In this document: piece after piece, positions 9,608 to 20,263 of the stretch
Layout: each line of letters opens with the position of its first letter
How positions within the stretch are numbered: position 1 is the first letter of the stretch
From: Rebecca billardiae RCC1528
Lineage: Eukaryota > Protista > Haptophyta
Assembly (NCBI GenBank): GCA_965240325.2
Contig: OZ251233.1
Coordinates: 930,001-994,000, forward strand
Length of the DNA stretch: 64,000 nt
Direction: 5' to 3'
Position numbers and translations under genes: made by a program
The notes under the pieces: model-generated
The model's input: only the letters and a program-made list of their open reading frames with translations
Database searches by the model: none
What the model was told of the DNA's origin: nothing

Positions 9608-11508
9608 CAATTTTAATTCGTGACAAAGCCCTGGGAGACCCAGCTCCGACCCCCTTTAATTGGTGTGACGTACTGCTGAGCAAAGTAATACCGGAGTAGC
9701 AATACGAAGAATGAGGCCTCAAACGTTTTTTGACGAGGCACGCCTCGGGAATCGAGAACGCATGTCGTTACCTTTTTGAGCGCGCGCCATACGGATGTCG
9801 TTGCGATTCCCACCTATTTGTTGACGCTTTTCTACGACCATCCACCTCCCTTGACCATCCGCTCCCAAGTTGAGGAACCGCGACGATTGCTTTCGCCACC
9901 GGCGCCGCGTGCGCTCGGCACACACGATTGCGGAGTATGACGAACGAGCTCAGCGCGCTGCTGCAGGAGGTGACGGCCACGCGCGACACGCAGAACGGCG
10001 CTCAGCCGGCGTGGCTCGACGACGCTTCCGGCACTCGCGCTCGCACTCGCACACAGGCGTACGTGTGCGACGAGGATCAGCTCCGCGGGCCTCCGCCGAA
10101 CCCAGCGCCACAGATGCCATCGTCGGCGTCGCGAGGTACTGCGCCGATCTGGCGGAGATCCAGCGGCACGTGGCGGCGATCAAGCAGCCGCAGCCGCATC
10201 AGATGACGTGCACGAACGGCCTCATGGAGAAGCTCGTACCACAAGCCTACCATAAGCCACCCGCTCGCCGACTTGCCTGACTACTACTCGCGCTGGCTCG
10301 TCACCAACGGGCGCGGCCTTCGAGCCGTCACCCGCGCCGCGCGCGGCTCGCGGCGCCATTGCGGAGGTGCGTGCCCGTCGGCGCGAGCTGCACAACACAA
10401 CATGCACACCGACGCGAGCCGCTCGTACCACGTCGTGCCCGACGGGCCGTGCTCAGCGACGGCTGCAAGCCTACGCCATGCAGTCGGTTGTGCCCTGCGC
10501 CGCTCGCCCCGCACCCGTGCAGACCCGAGACCGGTGGGCCATCCGCGGTGCGTGCCGTTGCCGCGCCGTCGTGCCCGAGCGGCCGTGCGCAGCGACGACT
10601 GCATCGAGGCGCGCCTCGCCGTGCGCCTCGGTGGGCTGCGTGCAGTGAACCGCGGTGGCGGTGCGGTACCGTGCTGCGGCGCCGCGCGCGCGCGCTTGCG
10701 GCGCGCCACCGGATGATACCGTTATTTATAGTCAGCGCTGAACGGCCAACTCGTCCCTTCGTCGTCGGGTCTGCCGGCCCTAACCCGCTTCTCCGTCGCG
10801 TCCTAGACGCGCTGTGTTCGACCAGCCCCACCGGGACAAGGCCGCCAGGCCCCCGCAGTTTGATATATATATAACTCTGACGTGGTATGCAACGGGCAAG
10901 CGTCAGGCTCAGAGTGCAGCAGACACATAGAATGCGTCCGCGCCTTCCAACCAGGTCAGGCAGTGCGTCACCCGCAGCCCTGCCCCTCTGAGGGAGCAGG
11001 GCCGGGATGGAGCACCGCCTCGGCCTGGGGCACGCGGCGGCGACGGCAGATGCCGCCGCGGCCGAGCGCCTTCCGGAGCACTTGGATGAGGGTGAGGTCG
11101 TAGTCAATGTCGCCGCCCGCCGACCTAGCGGCGAGCAGCTGCGGCAGACGGCAGCCGCGGCTGTCGCCCCCGTGCACCCGCGTGGGCGCCTGGATGAGGA
11201 TGAGGTCGTAGTACGCGTCGCCGCGCACCGGCCAAGCGGCGCGCAGCTGCAGAATAAGGTGGGCTTGGAGAGTGAGCGCGCCGCCTAGTGCGCTCTGGGC
11301 GATGAAGCGGATGAGGTTGTAGTAGACGTCGCAGCCCGGCCCGCCGGCGGGCTGCTGCAGATGCAGTGCTTGATGCTGGGGAACCTGGCCCCTGGGCTCG
11401 TCACACCCCGCACCCCCTGCCCCACCTAGGGTGGAGCGAGGGGCACAGAGGAGGCAAGCGCCAAGGGCCAGATGGGTGCAGCGGCGTCCACCTGCTGCAT
11501 CGCCCCCC

Positions 11509-11509
<1 letters not shown>

Positions 11510-11564
<55 letters not shown>
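11510..11564. repeat. (GT)n microsatellite
   Basis: Directly visible, just 5' of copy 2. Confidence 0.95.
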
Positions 11565-11570
<6 letters not shown>

Positions 11571-11572
11571 TA

Positions 11573-13105
11573 TGGCCCGCGGTGCAGGGCGGAGCGCGCA
11601 GCGTGGAGCCCGCACCAGCGGGCCCGAACAACGTTTCAAAAAGATCTTTGATCAAGAAAAAAGGGACGGGGGACGATTTTCATGGCTGGAGGAGACCGAG
11701 TTTCGAATTTTGAGACTCCCTTACAGGTGCATTAGCGTCGAAAAAGGTCGCGCCCACGGCAAGTTCATAGTAAAGCGTGGAGTGACGCCCGTCCAAAAAA
11801 CTTCACGCCCTTTAGGATCCCTAACGTAACGAACCGTTACAAGCGAATTTTTCGGCCAATGATATTCAAGGAGCGACGACGTTTGATGATCAAATGTTGA
11901 TCGCGCCACCACAACGCAATCTTCATACTATCTCCCTGGCCGCCCGTCGCCTGTGCCGGATCCCGACCGGGTCGGTAGGTTTGAGCCCGCTGAGAAGGGC
12001 TCACTCAGCAAGCCGAGGGGTGCCTCGCGCCGGCGGCGCTGCGCACGAGGCGTTCAATCCGACGGACTCAGCGCAGGTGCGCGCGGCTGCGGCGGGTCCC
12101 GACGGTCATCGGCGTCGCTTTCGTGCCCCGCTCACCCCGCGCGCCCCGCCCTGCCGATCCCTCTTCGGCCCAGTCAGTGCGGTTTCCAACCGAGCACGAC
12201 CGGCGGACCGACGAATCGATGTCAACGCCCGCGCGCGGAGAGCGGTCGGCGACGGTACGAGGAGGAGACCGCGGGGCATCCTAACGCGTGAATCCAGGCC
12301 TACTCCGCAGGTGACAGCAGCATGGGGTGTCCCTCGAGTTCATCGTTTATTGACTGCGCAGCCGTGAGCTGACTCACCGGTGCCAATGAAGCTGCCGAGT
12401 AGCTTCACTCATCGGACGATGCTCCTCGCGTGTGATATTATATGGGTGCGAATGCGCGTGGCGCGTGGGGGCGAGGCGAGTTTCTCGCTGTGTTTCCAGC
12501 TGACCATGCGCGCGCCCGCGCGCGCCACGCCGCACGCCGCGCAGCTGAATTCTCGGCGTGTTGAAGCGCGGGGCCTCGCGAGGACGTTCCGGCTCAGCCG
12601 TCTGGCGCCGAGCCTGATCTGCAGTGCGGAGCCTTCGCCTGATGGACGTTTTGTCGGGATGTGGAGCAGCCACCACGGCCATCTCGCTCGCCCAAGCCCT
12701 CGCTCGCGCCGTCCATGGCCGAGCTGTGATGGATTTTGCTCTCGTCCGCCGCATCCGAGCTGTCTCGAGTCTCGACGGCTTGACTGGCGCATGGGCGGGC
12801 GTTTGGCGCGCGAGCTCGGACCGCGCGCTGTTAGAGCGGCGGCTCTCACTCACTCAGTGACTGAGAGCCAGCTCTCGGGCGCTGATGGGCACGACGGATG
12901 CCTGACTGCCTGACACGAAAGCCCACAGGCTCAGTCAGATCTGCGCGGCCAGCGGCGAGTGGATGAGTCCGCGCGACTGATGCAGCGAGGTGGCATATGC
13001 GACGGGCGACGCCGTGCCGTGGCGGTGACGGAGCGGGTGGCACAGCTGCACCGCGGGCCCCCAACTACGTTGGTTCTGACGGAAGAGGACCGCGGAACGC
13101 TGTCA
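11573..13105 (+). mobile_element. non-autonomous Helitron2/Helentron-like element, copy 2
   Basis: Same ~170-bp 5' end as copy 1. 3' end GCACCGCGGGCC...GACCGCGGAACGCTGTCA has one mismatch in the stem. Confidence 0.75.
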
Positions 13106-13113
13106 TATATGTA

Positions 13114-13591
13114 GGCTCTGGCTCCGGTTGACCCCTGCCAGTCCGGTCATAGAAACCGGGCGTACCGAAAATGATCTTCGCATTCCTGCGGCCCGGAATG
13201 AACGCCCGAAGTGTCCCACAGGGCTCCAAGTAGGGTTACTATGGATGGCCAATAAGTGCCCACTGTGTGAAACTCAGTTTGTGACTACTTCAGACTCTAT
13301 TTTTCATAGCTATTTACCCAGTCCGGTGGCATATTTCCAATAGCTACGGGTGCATCCGGATCGCTCCCGGACCGTGTTCTGACCAGAGTCTGAAATGGGT
13401 AAATACATAGTAAAAATAGAGTCTGAACTATAAAGGAAGTGCTTGTTGGCCCAATATCGCTCTGAAGTCATCATCTAGGCATCCATTGAGGTCCTCCTGT
13501 GCAGTTTTCACGAGTGACTTCATGTAAATGATGTAATCATGAAGGAGCTCACAGTGCCCGTCTCTGGCAGGGGTCAACCGAAGCCAGAGCC
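13114..13591. mobile_element. MITE with 28-bp TIRs and TGTA target duplication
   Basis: GGCTCTGGCT(C/T)CGGTTGACCCCTGCCAG inverted at both ends; TGTA on both flanks; AT-rich interior with a second inverted repeat at 13289-13320 / 13396-13427. Confidence 0.8.
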
Positions 13592-13782
13592 TGTATGTAT
13601 GTATGTATGTATGTATGTCGATGTATGTATGTATGTATGTATGTATGTATGTATGTATGTATGTATGTATGTATGTATGTATGTATGTATGTATGTATGT
13701 ATGTATGTATGTATGTATGTATGTATGTATGTATGTATGTATGTATGTATGTATATGCATATATACATATATATATATATAT
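13592..13782. repeat. (TGTA)n then (TA)n microsatellite
   Basis: Directly visible. Confidence 0.95.
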
Positions 13783-13799
13783 TATTTTTCCGATGAATG

Positions 13800-14151
13800 A
13801 TGATCTGATGAGTGACGAATCCGGTCGGTGCACGCGCTCATCAGCGCGAACAGGAATTCGGTCCACGTGCACACGCTGGGCGGGAGCACGGCCGGGAGCG
13901 CGCGCTCGTGGCCCCGCGCGCGTGCGCGCTCGCGCAGGGCGCGCTCGATCGGCGAGCGGCCGGCGAGCGGCGCGCCGCGGAAGAGGCGCGAGATGGCGTT
14001 GGCGGCGGCGAGATGGCGGACACGTCGTCGAGGCGGCTGATGAGGATGCGGGGTCGAGTAGCTCCACTGGCAGGCGTGCGAGCAGTGGCGGCGGCGACGA
14101 CGAGGTCGCAAGGGCGGGAGGGGCCGCGTGCTCACGCGCCTGGGCCCACAT
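13800..14151 (-). pseudogene. frameshifted F-box-like gene relic
   Basis: One frame gives PLLARLPVELL, another gives HLAAANAISRLFRGAPLAGRSPIERALRERARARGH. Resembles the relic at 352-639. Confidence 0.4.
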
Positions 14152-14349
14152 CGTTGCCCGCGACGTCACGCACCGACCCGGGCCGGTCGTCGACTGTCAG
14201 TCCGACGTTTGGCCCAATGGCCGCCAGCAGAGGAACAAGTTCTTGCTGACTTGACTGTCTTCCGCCCTGGATGCATCGACGACGGAATCTTGCGCGGGGC
14301 CGGCGCGTGGCTGCCGCACGGCCGGCGCGAACACGCGCAATCAGCGGCG

Positions 14350-17300
14350 ATGGTGAAGAACCATCAGCACGGCGCCATCGGCGCGGCGAAGCATGGCTCC
14401 GGTGGCCACCTGCGCGATCAGTCCGCCAAGCGCGCACGGCTGGAGGAGGGGGAGGCCGCGTGCATCGCCACGCTCGGCGCGCCCGCCGCCGCGCGCGCGC
14501 GCTCCGATGACAGCAGCCCTTGGCCCGCGTCGATGCTTTCGCGCGAGGTGGTCGAGCTCGCGGACAAGCGGGAGATGAGCGAGGAGGAGTTTGGCGCCCT
14601 CGCCCGAGGGCTCTCGTCCGCGGCGTGCCGCGTAGCCACCCTCGACCTCGGCCGCGTCGGCTTCGGCCCCGACTGCGCCAAGGCCCTCGCGGACGGTCTG
14701 CGCGCCAACAGCACGGTGCGCACTCTGCATATCCCGAGGAACGGGCTGGGCGTGTCCGGCGGCGTGGCGCTCGGCGACGCGCTCGCGCGGAATAGCACCA
14801 CACTCACGAGCCTGGACATGAGCCTCAACGACGTCGGGCACGAGGGCGGCGAGGCGCTCGCGCGCGGGGTGCGCGCGCACCGCGCGCTGCGCGAGCTCAG
14901 CCTCGTGCAGTGCGGGCTCGGCCCGCGCGGCGGCAAGGCGCTCGGCGAGGCGCTCGAGCTGAACGGCTCGGTGCGCCGGCTGGACCTGACGCAGAACGAC
15001 CTCGGCGTCGAGGGCGGCGTCGCCGTCGGCCGCGCGCTCCAGGCGAACACCACCCTCGAGTGGCTGAGCATGGACTTCAACCGGATCGGGTTCGGGCTCG
15101 AGCGCGCGGGCGCGTTCGCCGCCGCGCTCGAGACGAACCGCACGCTCACGTGGCTCGACATGGCGCGGAACGAGCTCGGCGCGGTGGGTGGCGCCGCGTT
15201 CGCCCGCGCGCTGGCGCAGAACGCCACGCTGGCCACCCTCCGCCTCAGCCGCAACGAGCTCGGCGCGGAGGGCGGCGCTGCGGTGGGCGCGGCGCTGGCG
15301 GACAATGCTGGGCTGACCTGCCTCGACCTGTCGCAGAACGAGCTCGGCGCGGAGGGTGTCGCGGCGTTCCGGCACGCGCTCGCGCGGAACCGCACCCTCA
15401 CCGCGCTCGACCTCGCCCAGAACGAGCTCGGCCCGGACGGCGCCGCGCACGTGGCCGCGGGGCTGCAGCGCGCGCGCGCGCTCCGCAGCGTCTGCCTCGA
15501 CCGGAACGCGCTTGGCGCCGCTGGCGGAGAGGCGCTCGCGCGCGCGCTGCGCGCCGGCGCCGGCGCGCTCACCGAGCTCAGCGCCGCGGCGAACGCGCTG
15601 GGCACGAGCGGCCCCGCGCTCGCCGCCGCGCTCCACGCGCGCCCCCACCTCGCGCGCCTCCGCCTCAGCGAGAACAGGCTGGGTGACGCGGGCGGGCAGG
15701 CGCTCTGCGCCGCGGCGGCGGCGCACCCGACGCTCGCCGAGCTGGACTTGTCCTCCAACGCGCTGAGCGAGGTGCCCGTGGACTGCCAGCTGCGGCTCGC
15801 CGGCGCGGTGGCGTCGGCGCGCGCGCTGCGCCTCGACCTCTCCGACAACGCCCTCACCTCGCCCCCGCTCGCCCACCGCGCCGACCCCGGCACGCTGGGT
15901 GATTACCTCACCATGCTCGCCGCTGAGCCTCACGCCGTGTCGCGCGTGCGCCTGATGGTGGTGGGCTTCGGCGGCGTGGGCAAGACGACGTTCTGCGGCG
16001 CGGCGACGGCGCCGGAGGGGCGGCTGCGCGAGTACCACGCGTCGCTCGCGCACTGCTCCGCGTGGGACGCGCCGGCGGTCGCGGCGTGGGCGCTGGGGCT
16101 CGGCGATCAGCGGGGCGAGGCGTGGGCGCGCAAGGCGGCCGAAGCGCTGTCATCTCACGCCATCGCCGGCGCCGACCTCCCCTCGCTGCTCGCCGCCGGC
16201 GGCGAGGGCGAGCTCGGCCCCGCCGCCGAGGGGGTGCGCGCCCTGCTCGGCGGCCGGGGCGGCGGCGGCGGCGGCGCGGCCGACGTGCGCCCGTCGGCCA
16301 GGCTGACGGCCATGTGCGCGGGCGCGGCGCTGGACGAACGCGAGTGCCGGCAGCTCGCCCTTGCAGTCGGCTCGTTGCTTCGCAAGGGGTACTTCTCGAC
16401 GGTGGGCGCGGTGAAGGTGGAGGGGCACCTCACGCTGCCGGGCGGCGGCGCGGCCGCGCCTGCCCCCGGCGGATCGGCGGCCGGCGGATCGGCCGCCGCC
16501 GCCGCCGAGCTCTCAGCGCCGACCGCGCGCAGCGGCCGCCGCGCGCCTGCTGACAGCTCGACCGCGCCTTCGGACGGACCCACCGCGCCTTCGGACGGAC
16601 CGACCGCCGCGCCTGCGGACGGACCCACCGCGCCTGCGGACGGACCGACCGCCGCGCCTGTGGACGGTCCGACCGCGCGCACGTGCACGCTCGTCGACTT
16701 CGCCGGGCAGATGGAGTACCTCGTCTCGCACCAGCTGCTCCTCGCGAGCATGCACACGCTCTGCCTGCTCATCCAGCCCGAGGCCTCCTTTGCCGACGAG
16801 TCGAGCAGGCACCACGGCAGCTGGCGCTACTGGCTGCAGTTTCTGCGCGCGCTCGGGGACCGGCGCACGCAGTCGGTGGTGCTCGCGAGCTCGCAGCTGG
16901 ACATAGTGCCCGCGGGCGCGGCGGCGGCGGCGGCCGAGGCCGCCGCGCATGCCGAGTTCGCGGCGCTGCGCGCCGAGCTGGGCGCGGGGCTCGGCGACGC
17001 GCCCGTGCGCCTCGACTATCGGCCGGACGCCATCGGCGCCACCGTGCGCGCGGTGCGGGCGCGGCTCAGCGCGGCCGCCGACGCGGTGTCTGCGGACTGG
17101 TGGGTGCCGGCGAGCTACGAGCGCCTCGCGGCGGTGGTGGACTCGCTGCGCGCGCGCAAGGCGGCGGAGCGCGCGCTGCCGATCCTCTCCGCGCCCGAGC
17201 TCATCGCCGCCGTCGAGGCGGGCGGCGACGCGGCGCTGCGCCGCATCACTGCGGACGCGCTGCTGCTGCAGCGCGCCCTCGACTATCTCGAGGCCGTGGG

Positions 17301-18540
17301 CGACGTGATGGCCGACGCGCGGCTCGGCGTGCTGCTGCTCGACCCGGTGGGCTGGTTCGCAAAGTTCCTGGCGCACTTCATCCGCGACGACGGCAACCCG
17401 CCCGCGGAGGTGGTGCGCGGCGTCGTGCAGCTCGCCGACGTCGTCGCCGCGCTGCGCGACGACTACGCCGCGCCCGAGGCGCAGCTGCCCGAAGTGATGT
17501 CTCTCGTCTGCGCGCTCGAGCTCTGCGTGGAGCGCAGCCGGCTCGAGGGAGACCCGGCCGGCGGCGGCAGCTACCTCTTCCCGTGCCTGCTGCCGCTGGC
17601 CACGCCGCGCGAGCTCGCGCGGCACTGGCCCCGCCCCGCGGCCGCCGCGCCGCCCTTGCCGATTGCGGCGCTCGTGCTGCGCGGCCACCGCTTCCGCGCA
17701 CGGCCGCGGTTCCTCCCGCCTGGCCTCTTCCCGACGCTGGTCGCGCGGCTCGAGCAGCTGCCCATGTATTTCGTGCACTCCTCGCGGCTCTGGCGCGACG
17801 CGGCGGTGCTCTGCTGCCGCGAGGCGTCGGTGCTGCTGCGCGCGGACCTCGCGGCCGCCACGCTAGACGTGTTGGTCGCCGCGCCGGCGGACTCGTGCCA
17901 TTTCCTCGGAGCGGCCAAGGGGCAGGCGAGCGCGGCGCGCTGGTTTGCCCACCTCATCCGACAGATGCTCGCGCGCGCGTACCCGCAGATGGGCTGGCGC
18001 GAGGCCTGGCTGTGCCCCTCGCCCGGCTGCTTCGGCCTCCCCGCCGAGGGCAGCGCGCCGCTCCCGGACGACTGTGCCGACGTCGGCCCGGATTTTGGCG
18101 TGCACCGCGGCGCCGAGTATGGCCTGCGGCCCGCGCGCGCCGCCGCCGGCCACAGCTGCGCGAGCGAGGGCTGCTGGCACTTCATCGGCACCGGGCACAA
18201 GCTCGAGCCCCTGCGGCTGTGCGCGGACGCGGAGGGCGACGGAGGCGCGGAGAGCGCGCCCACGCCCGCTTGCGAGGCGTGTGGCGTCGAGCCGTACTTC
18301 CCGCTCCGCGCCGGCGGCGGCTTTGGCTGGGCGTCGCGGCGGGACGCGCAGCTCCTGCGGGCGGGCATGAGTGTGGCGCAGCCACGCCCGGTGGGCTTGC
18401 GCGCCCACGCCGAGGTCGTGGACGCAGACGGCGACGACGACGACACTGCTGACGGCGATGAGCAGGGCTGCTGCCAGGAGGAGGTCGTCCGCCCAACTCC
18501 ACATACCGCGGCCATCCGCGGCGGCGATGATGAGCGTTGA
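14350..18540 (+). CDS. Roco-family protein: RI-like LRRs, Roc GTPase with SAM-like insert, COR, Cys-rich tail
   Basis: About 14 LRRs (LxxLDLxxNxLGxxGxxAL); P-loop RLMVVGFGGVGKTT; STVG; DFAGQMEY; COR-like VPASYERL, LDYLEAVGDV..LLDPVGW, YLFPCLLP, LPPGLFPTLVARL, LWRDA. Confidence 0.85.
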   Translation: MVKNHQHGAIGAAKHGSGGHLRDQSAKRARLEEGEAACIATLGAPAAARARSDDSSPWPASMLSREVVELADKREMSEEEFGALARGLSSAACRVATLDLGRVGFGPDCAKALADGLRANSTVRTLHIPRNGLGVSGGVALGDALARNSTTLTSLDMSLNDVGHEGGEALARGVRAHRALRELSLVQCGLGPRGGKALGEALELNGSVRRLDLTQNDLGVEGGVAVGRALQANTTLEWLSMDFNRIGFGLERAGAFAAALETNRTLTWLDMARNELGAVGGAAFARALAQNATLATLRLSRNELGAEGGAAVGAALADNAGLTCLDLSQNELGAEGVAAFRHALARNRTLTALDLAQNELGPDGAAHVAAGLQRARALRSVCLDRNALGAAGGEALARALRAGAGALTELSAAANALGTSGPALAAALHARPHLARLRLSENRLGDAGGQALCAAAAAHPTLAELDLSSNALSEVPVDCQLRLAGAVASARALRLDLSDNALTSPPLAHRADPGTLGDYLTMLAAEPHAVSRVRLMVVGFGGVGKTTFCGAATAPEGRLREYHASLAHCSAWDAPAVAAWALGLGDQRGEAWARKAAEALSSHAIAGADLPSLLAAGGEGELGPAAEGVRALLGGRGGGGGGAADVRPSARLTAMCAGAALDERECRQLALAVGSLLRKGYFSTVGAVKVEGHLTLPGGGAAAPAPGGSAAGGSAAAAAELSAPTARSGRRAPADSSTAPSDGPTAPSDGPTAAPADGPTAPADGPTAAPVDGPTARTCTLVDFAGQMEYLVSHQLLLASMHTLCLLIQPEASFADESSRHHGSWRYWLQFLRALGDRRTQSVVLASSQLDIVPAGAAAAAAEAAAHAEFAALRAELGAGLGDAPVRLDYRPDAIGATVRAVRARLSAAADAVSADWWVPASYERLAAVVDSLRARKAAERALPILSAPELIAAVEAGGDAALRRITADALLLQRALDYLEAVGDVMADARLGVLLLDPVGWFAKFLAHFIRDDGNPPAEVVRGVVQLADVVAALRDDYAAPEAQLPEVMSLVCALELCVERSRLEGDPAGGGSYLFPCLLPLATPRELARHWPRPAAAAPPLPIAALVLRGHRFRARPRFLPPGLFPTLVARLEQLPMYFVHSSRLWRDAAVLCCREASVLLRADLAAATLDVLVAAPADSCHFLGAAKGQASAARWFAHLIRQMLARAYPQMGWREAWLCPSPGCFGLPAEGSAPLPDDCADVGPDFGVHRGAEYGLRPARAAAGHSCASEGCWHFIGTGHKLEPLRLCADAEGDGGAESAPTPACEACGVEPYFPLRAGGGFGWASRRDAQLLRAGMSVAQPRPVGLRAHAEVVDADGDDDDTADGDEQGCCQEEVVRPTPHTAAIRGGDDER
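16555..16680 (+). repeat. coding tandem repeat (21/24-bp units encoding TA(A)P(S/A/V)DGP)
   Basis: About 5 units inside the Roc domain loop. Confidence 0.85.
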
Positions 18541-19455
18541 TGACTGACGGAGCCATTCGTCGGATGTCGTCAGTCGTAGTCGCCGTCGCCGGCTCGCGCG
18601 GATGACTCGACACTCTACTGATGACACTCCGCGGCTGACGAGTCGTGTCTCGTGTGGTCAGCAACTGCTGTCTGTGTGAGTGTGGCGTGTGACTACCGCG
18701 GCCACCCGGCCACCTGAGGAGTGAGGGCCACACACACATAAGACACTCGTAGTCGTAACACACGAGTTCTCGGAACCAACTGACACAGGCACAGCAGTGA
18801 CAGCTCAAGCTGGCGGGTAGTCGCGGACCGAGCCAGCCGAGCCCGCGGGCGCTCGCCCCCCGGGCGCGCACAATTTGAGCCGCCGCGCCGCGCGCGCCCG
18901 CACCGCGCCGTCGGCCGAGCGTCAGTCTCTCATATGCCGATCAACGACTCATCCGCGCCGTGACCGCGAACTCGAATCCGCCGACCGCCTGTCCGAATCG
19001 GCTGAATTTATTATTTATAATAAAGTCACCCGGCGGCCGAACTCCGAACGAAGATTGACAGCAGTAGTGACGATGATGATCGATGATCTTAATCATCGTC
19101 ATATATTTAACCGCGGTGGCGCGCGCGCGTCGACGCCAGACGGTGCGTCGAGCTTCCGCTCGGCGATGGATACACTTACAGGATAGCGGTCGCGGCAGCA
19201 CGCCGCGGCACGCCCGACGCCGGCACGGCACTTCGTCGCGGGGCTTGTAAATAAGGCAATGCGGTGCGACGCCTGCGGCTGTGGCCGCTTCTCCGCCGGA
19301 AGCGGCACCGAGCTGAGACTCGCGGCCAAATGCCAATACCATAATGGTCTACGCTCACATCAGAGTCCGTACTTAGCAGTGTCAGCGGACTACGGGACTG
19401 GCCGCGGTCTGCGCCCGGCTAGTGACTAGCCGACCAGGCCCGGCACGTCATCCGC

Positions 19456-19965
19456 TCAGTTGGCCGATTGGGCGGCCATCCACTGCGCCTTGTGCGTCTT
19501 GACAGCGTCGATGAGCGAGGTCAGCTTGCACTCCGACGCAATCTGCATGTGCTCGTCCGCCACCTTGACGTACGCGTTGGCGCTGAACGCGTCGGGGAAG
19601 GCGTTCGGGTTGCACTCGATCAGCACGTTCATGCCGTCGGCCTCGTGCGTGAAGCAGAGCGCCTCCTGGCGCTCCTGCCGGTCGCCCGAGGCGGCTGCCT
19701 TCTTGATGACCTGGAACGCCACGACCAGCGCGTTCAGGCCGCTCCCAAGCTCGGCGGCGGCGGACTCGTCGAGGGCAAACTTCAGGACTGTGTCGCCCGC
19801 GAGCTGCAGGCTCAGCGTGGGCGCGACCGCCAGCGCGACTTGCGAGCGCGCGACCTGCGAGGCACGAGCTCGGCGCAGAGGAGTGCCCAGGAGTCGTGCG
19901 TCGAATGCCGTCGCCGGGCCCAGCAGCGCGCACACGAGCGCCGTCGCCAGCCAAGAGCGTGACAT
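19456..19965 (-). CDS. small plastid-targeted conserved protein, cyanobacterial-like
   Basis: Signal peptide ending ATA-F followed by an Arg/Ser-rich transit-like stretch. Mature part has IECNPNAFPDAFSANAYV, resembling a conserved cyanobacterial hypothetical protein (recalled, unverified). Confidence 0.65.
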   Translation of the reverse strand: MSRSWLATALVCALLGPATAFDARLLGTPLRRARASQVARSQVALAVAPTLSLQLAGDTVLKFALDESAAAELGSGLNALVVAFQVIKKAAASGDRQERQEALCFTHEADGMNVLIECNPNAFPDAFSANAYVKVADEHMQIASECKLTSLIDAVKTHKAQWMAAQSAN

Positions 19966-20263
19966 CCCGTCCGCGGCCTGTGAGAATTCCAAGCGCAGTC
20001 GTCGCCGCGTGCCGGGCGCGTCGCGGCGGCCGCAGCGACCTGCCGGAAACTGCGGAAAATCGGAATGAGACCGCCATCACGGTAGATAGCAGAACGATTT
20101 TCAGACCACTTGAGATGCAATCTCGGATGCAATCTCGCGGGCGCAAGGGTCCGGAAAAGTCCGGGCCAAGGAGTGCCCGCCTTTTCGTTGATGGCGCGAA
20201 AACCCAGCGCAGCGCCCCGCGCCGCCAAAAAGGCGGTGCGCCCCGGCCAACCCGCACGCGCTC

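Noticed and set aside
13428-14254. ORFs with YIHT/MYVC repeats
   Set aside because: They are translations of the (TGTA)n microsatellite.
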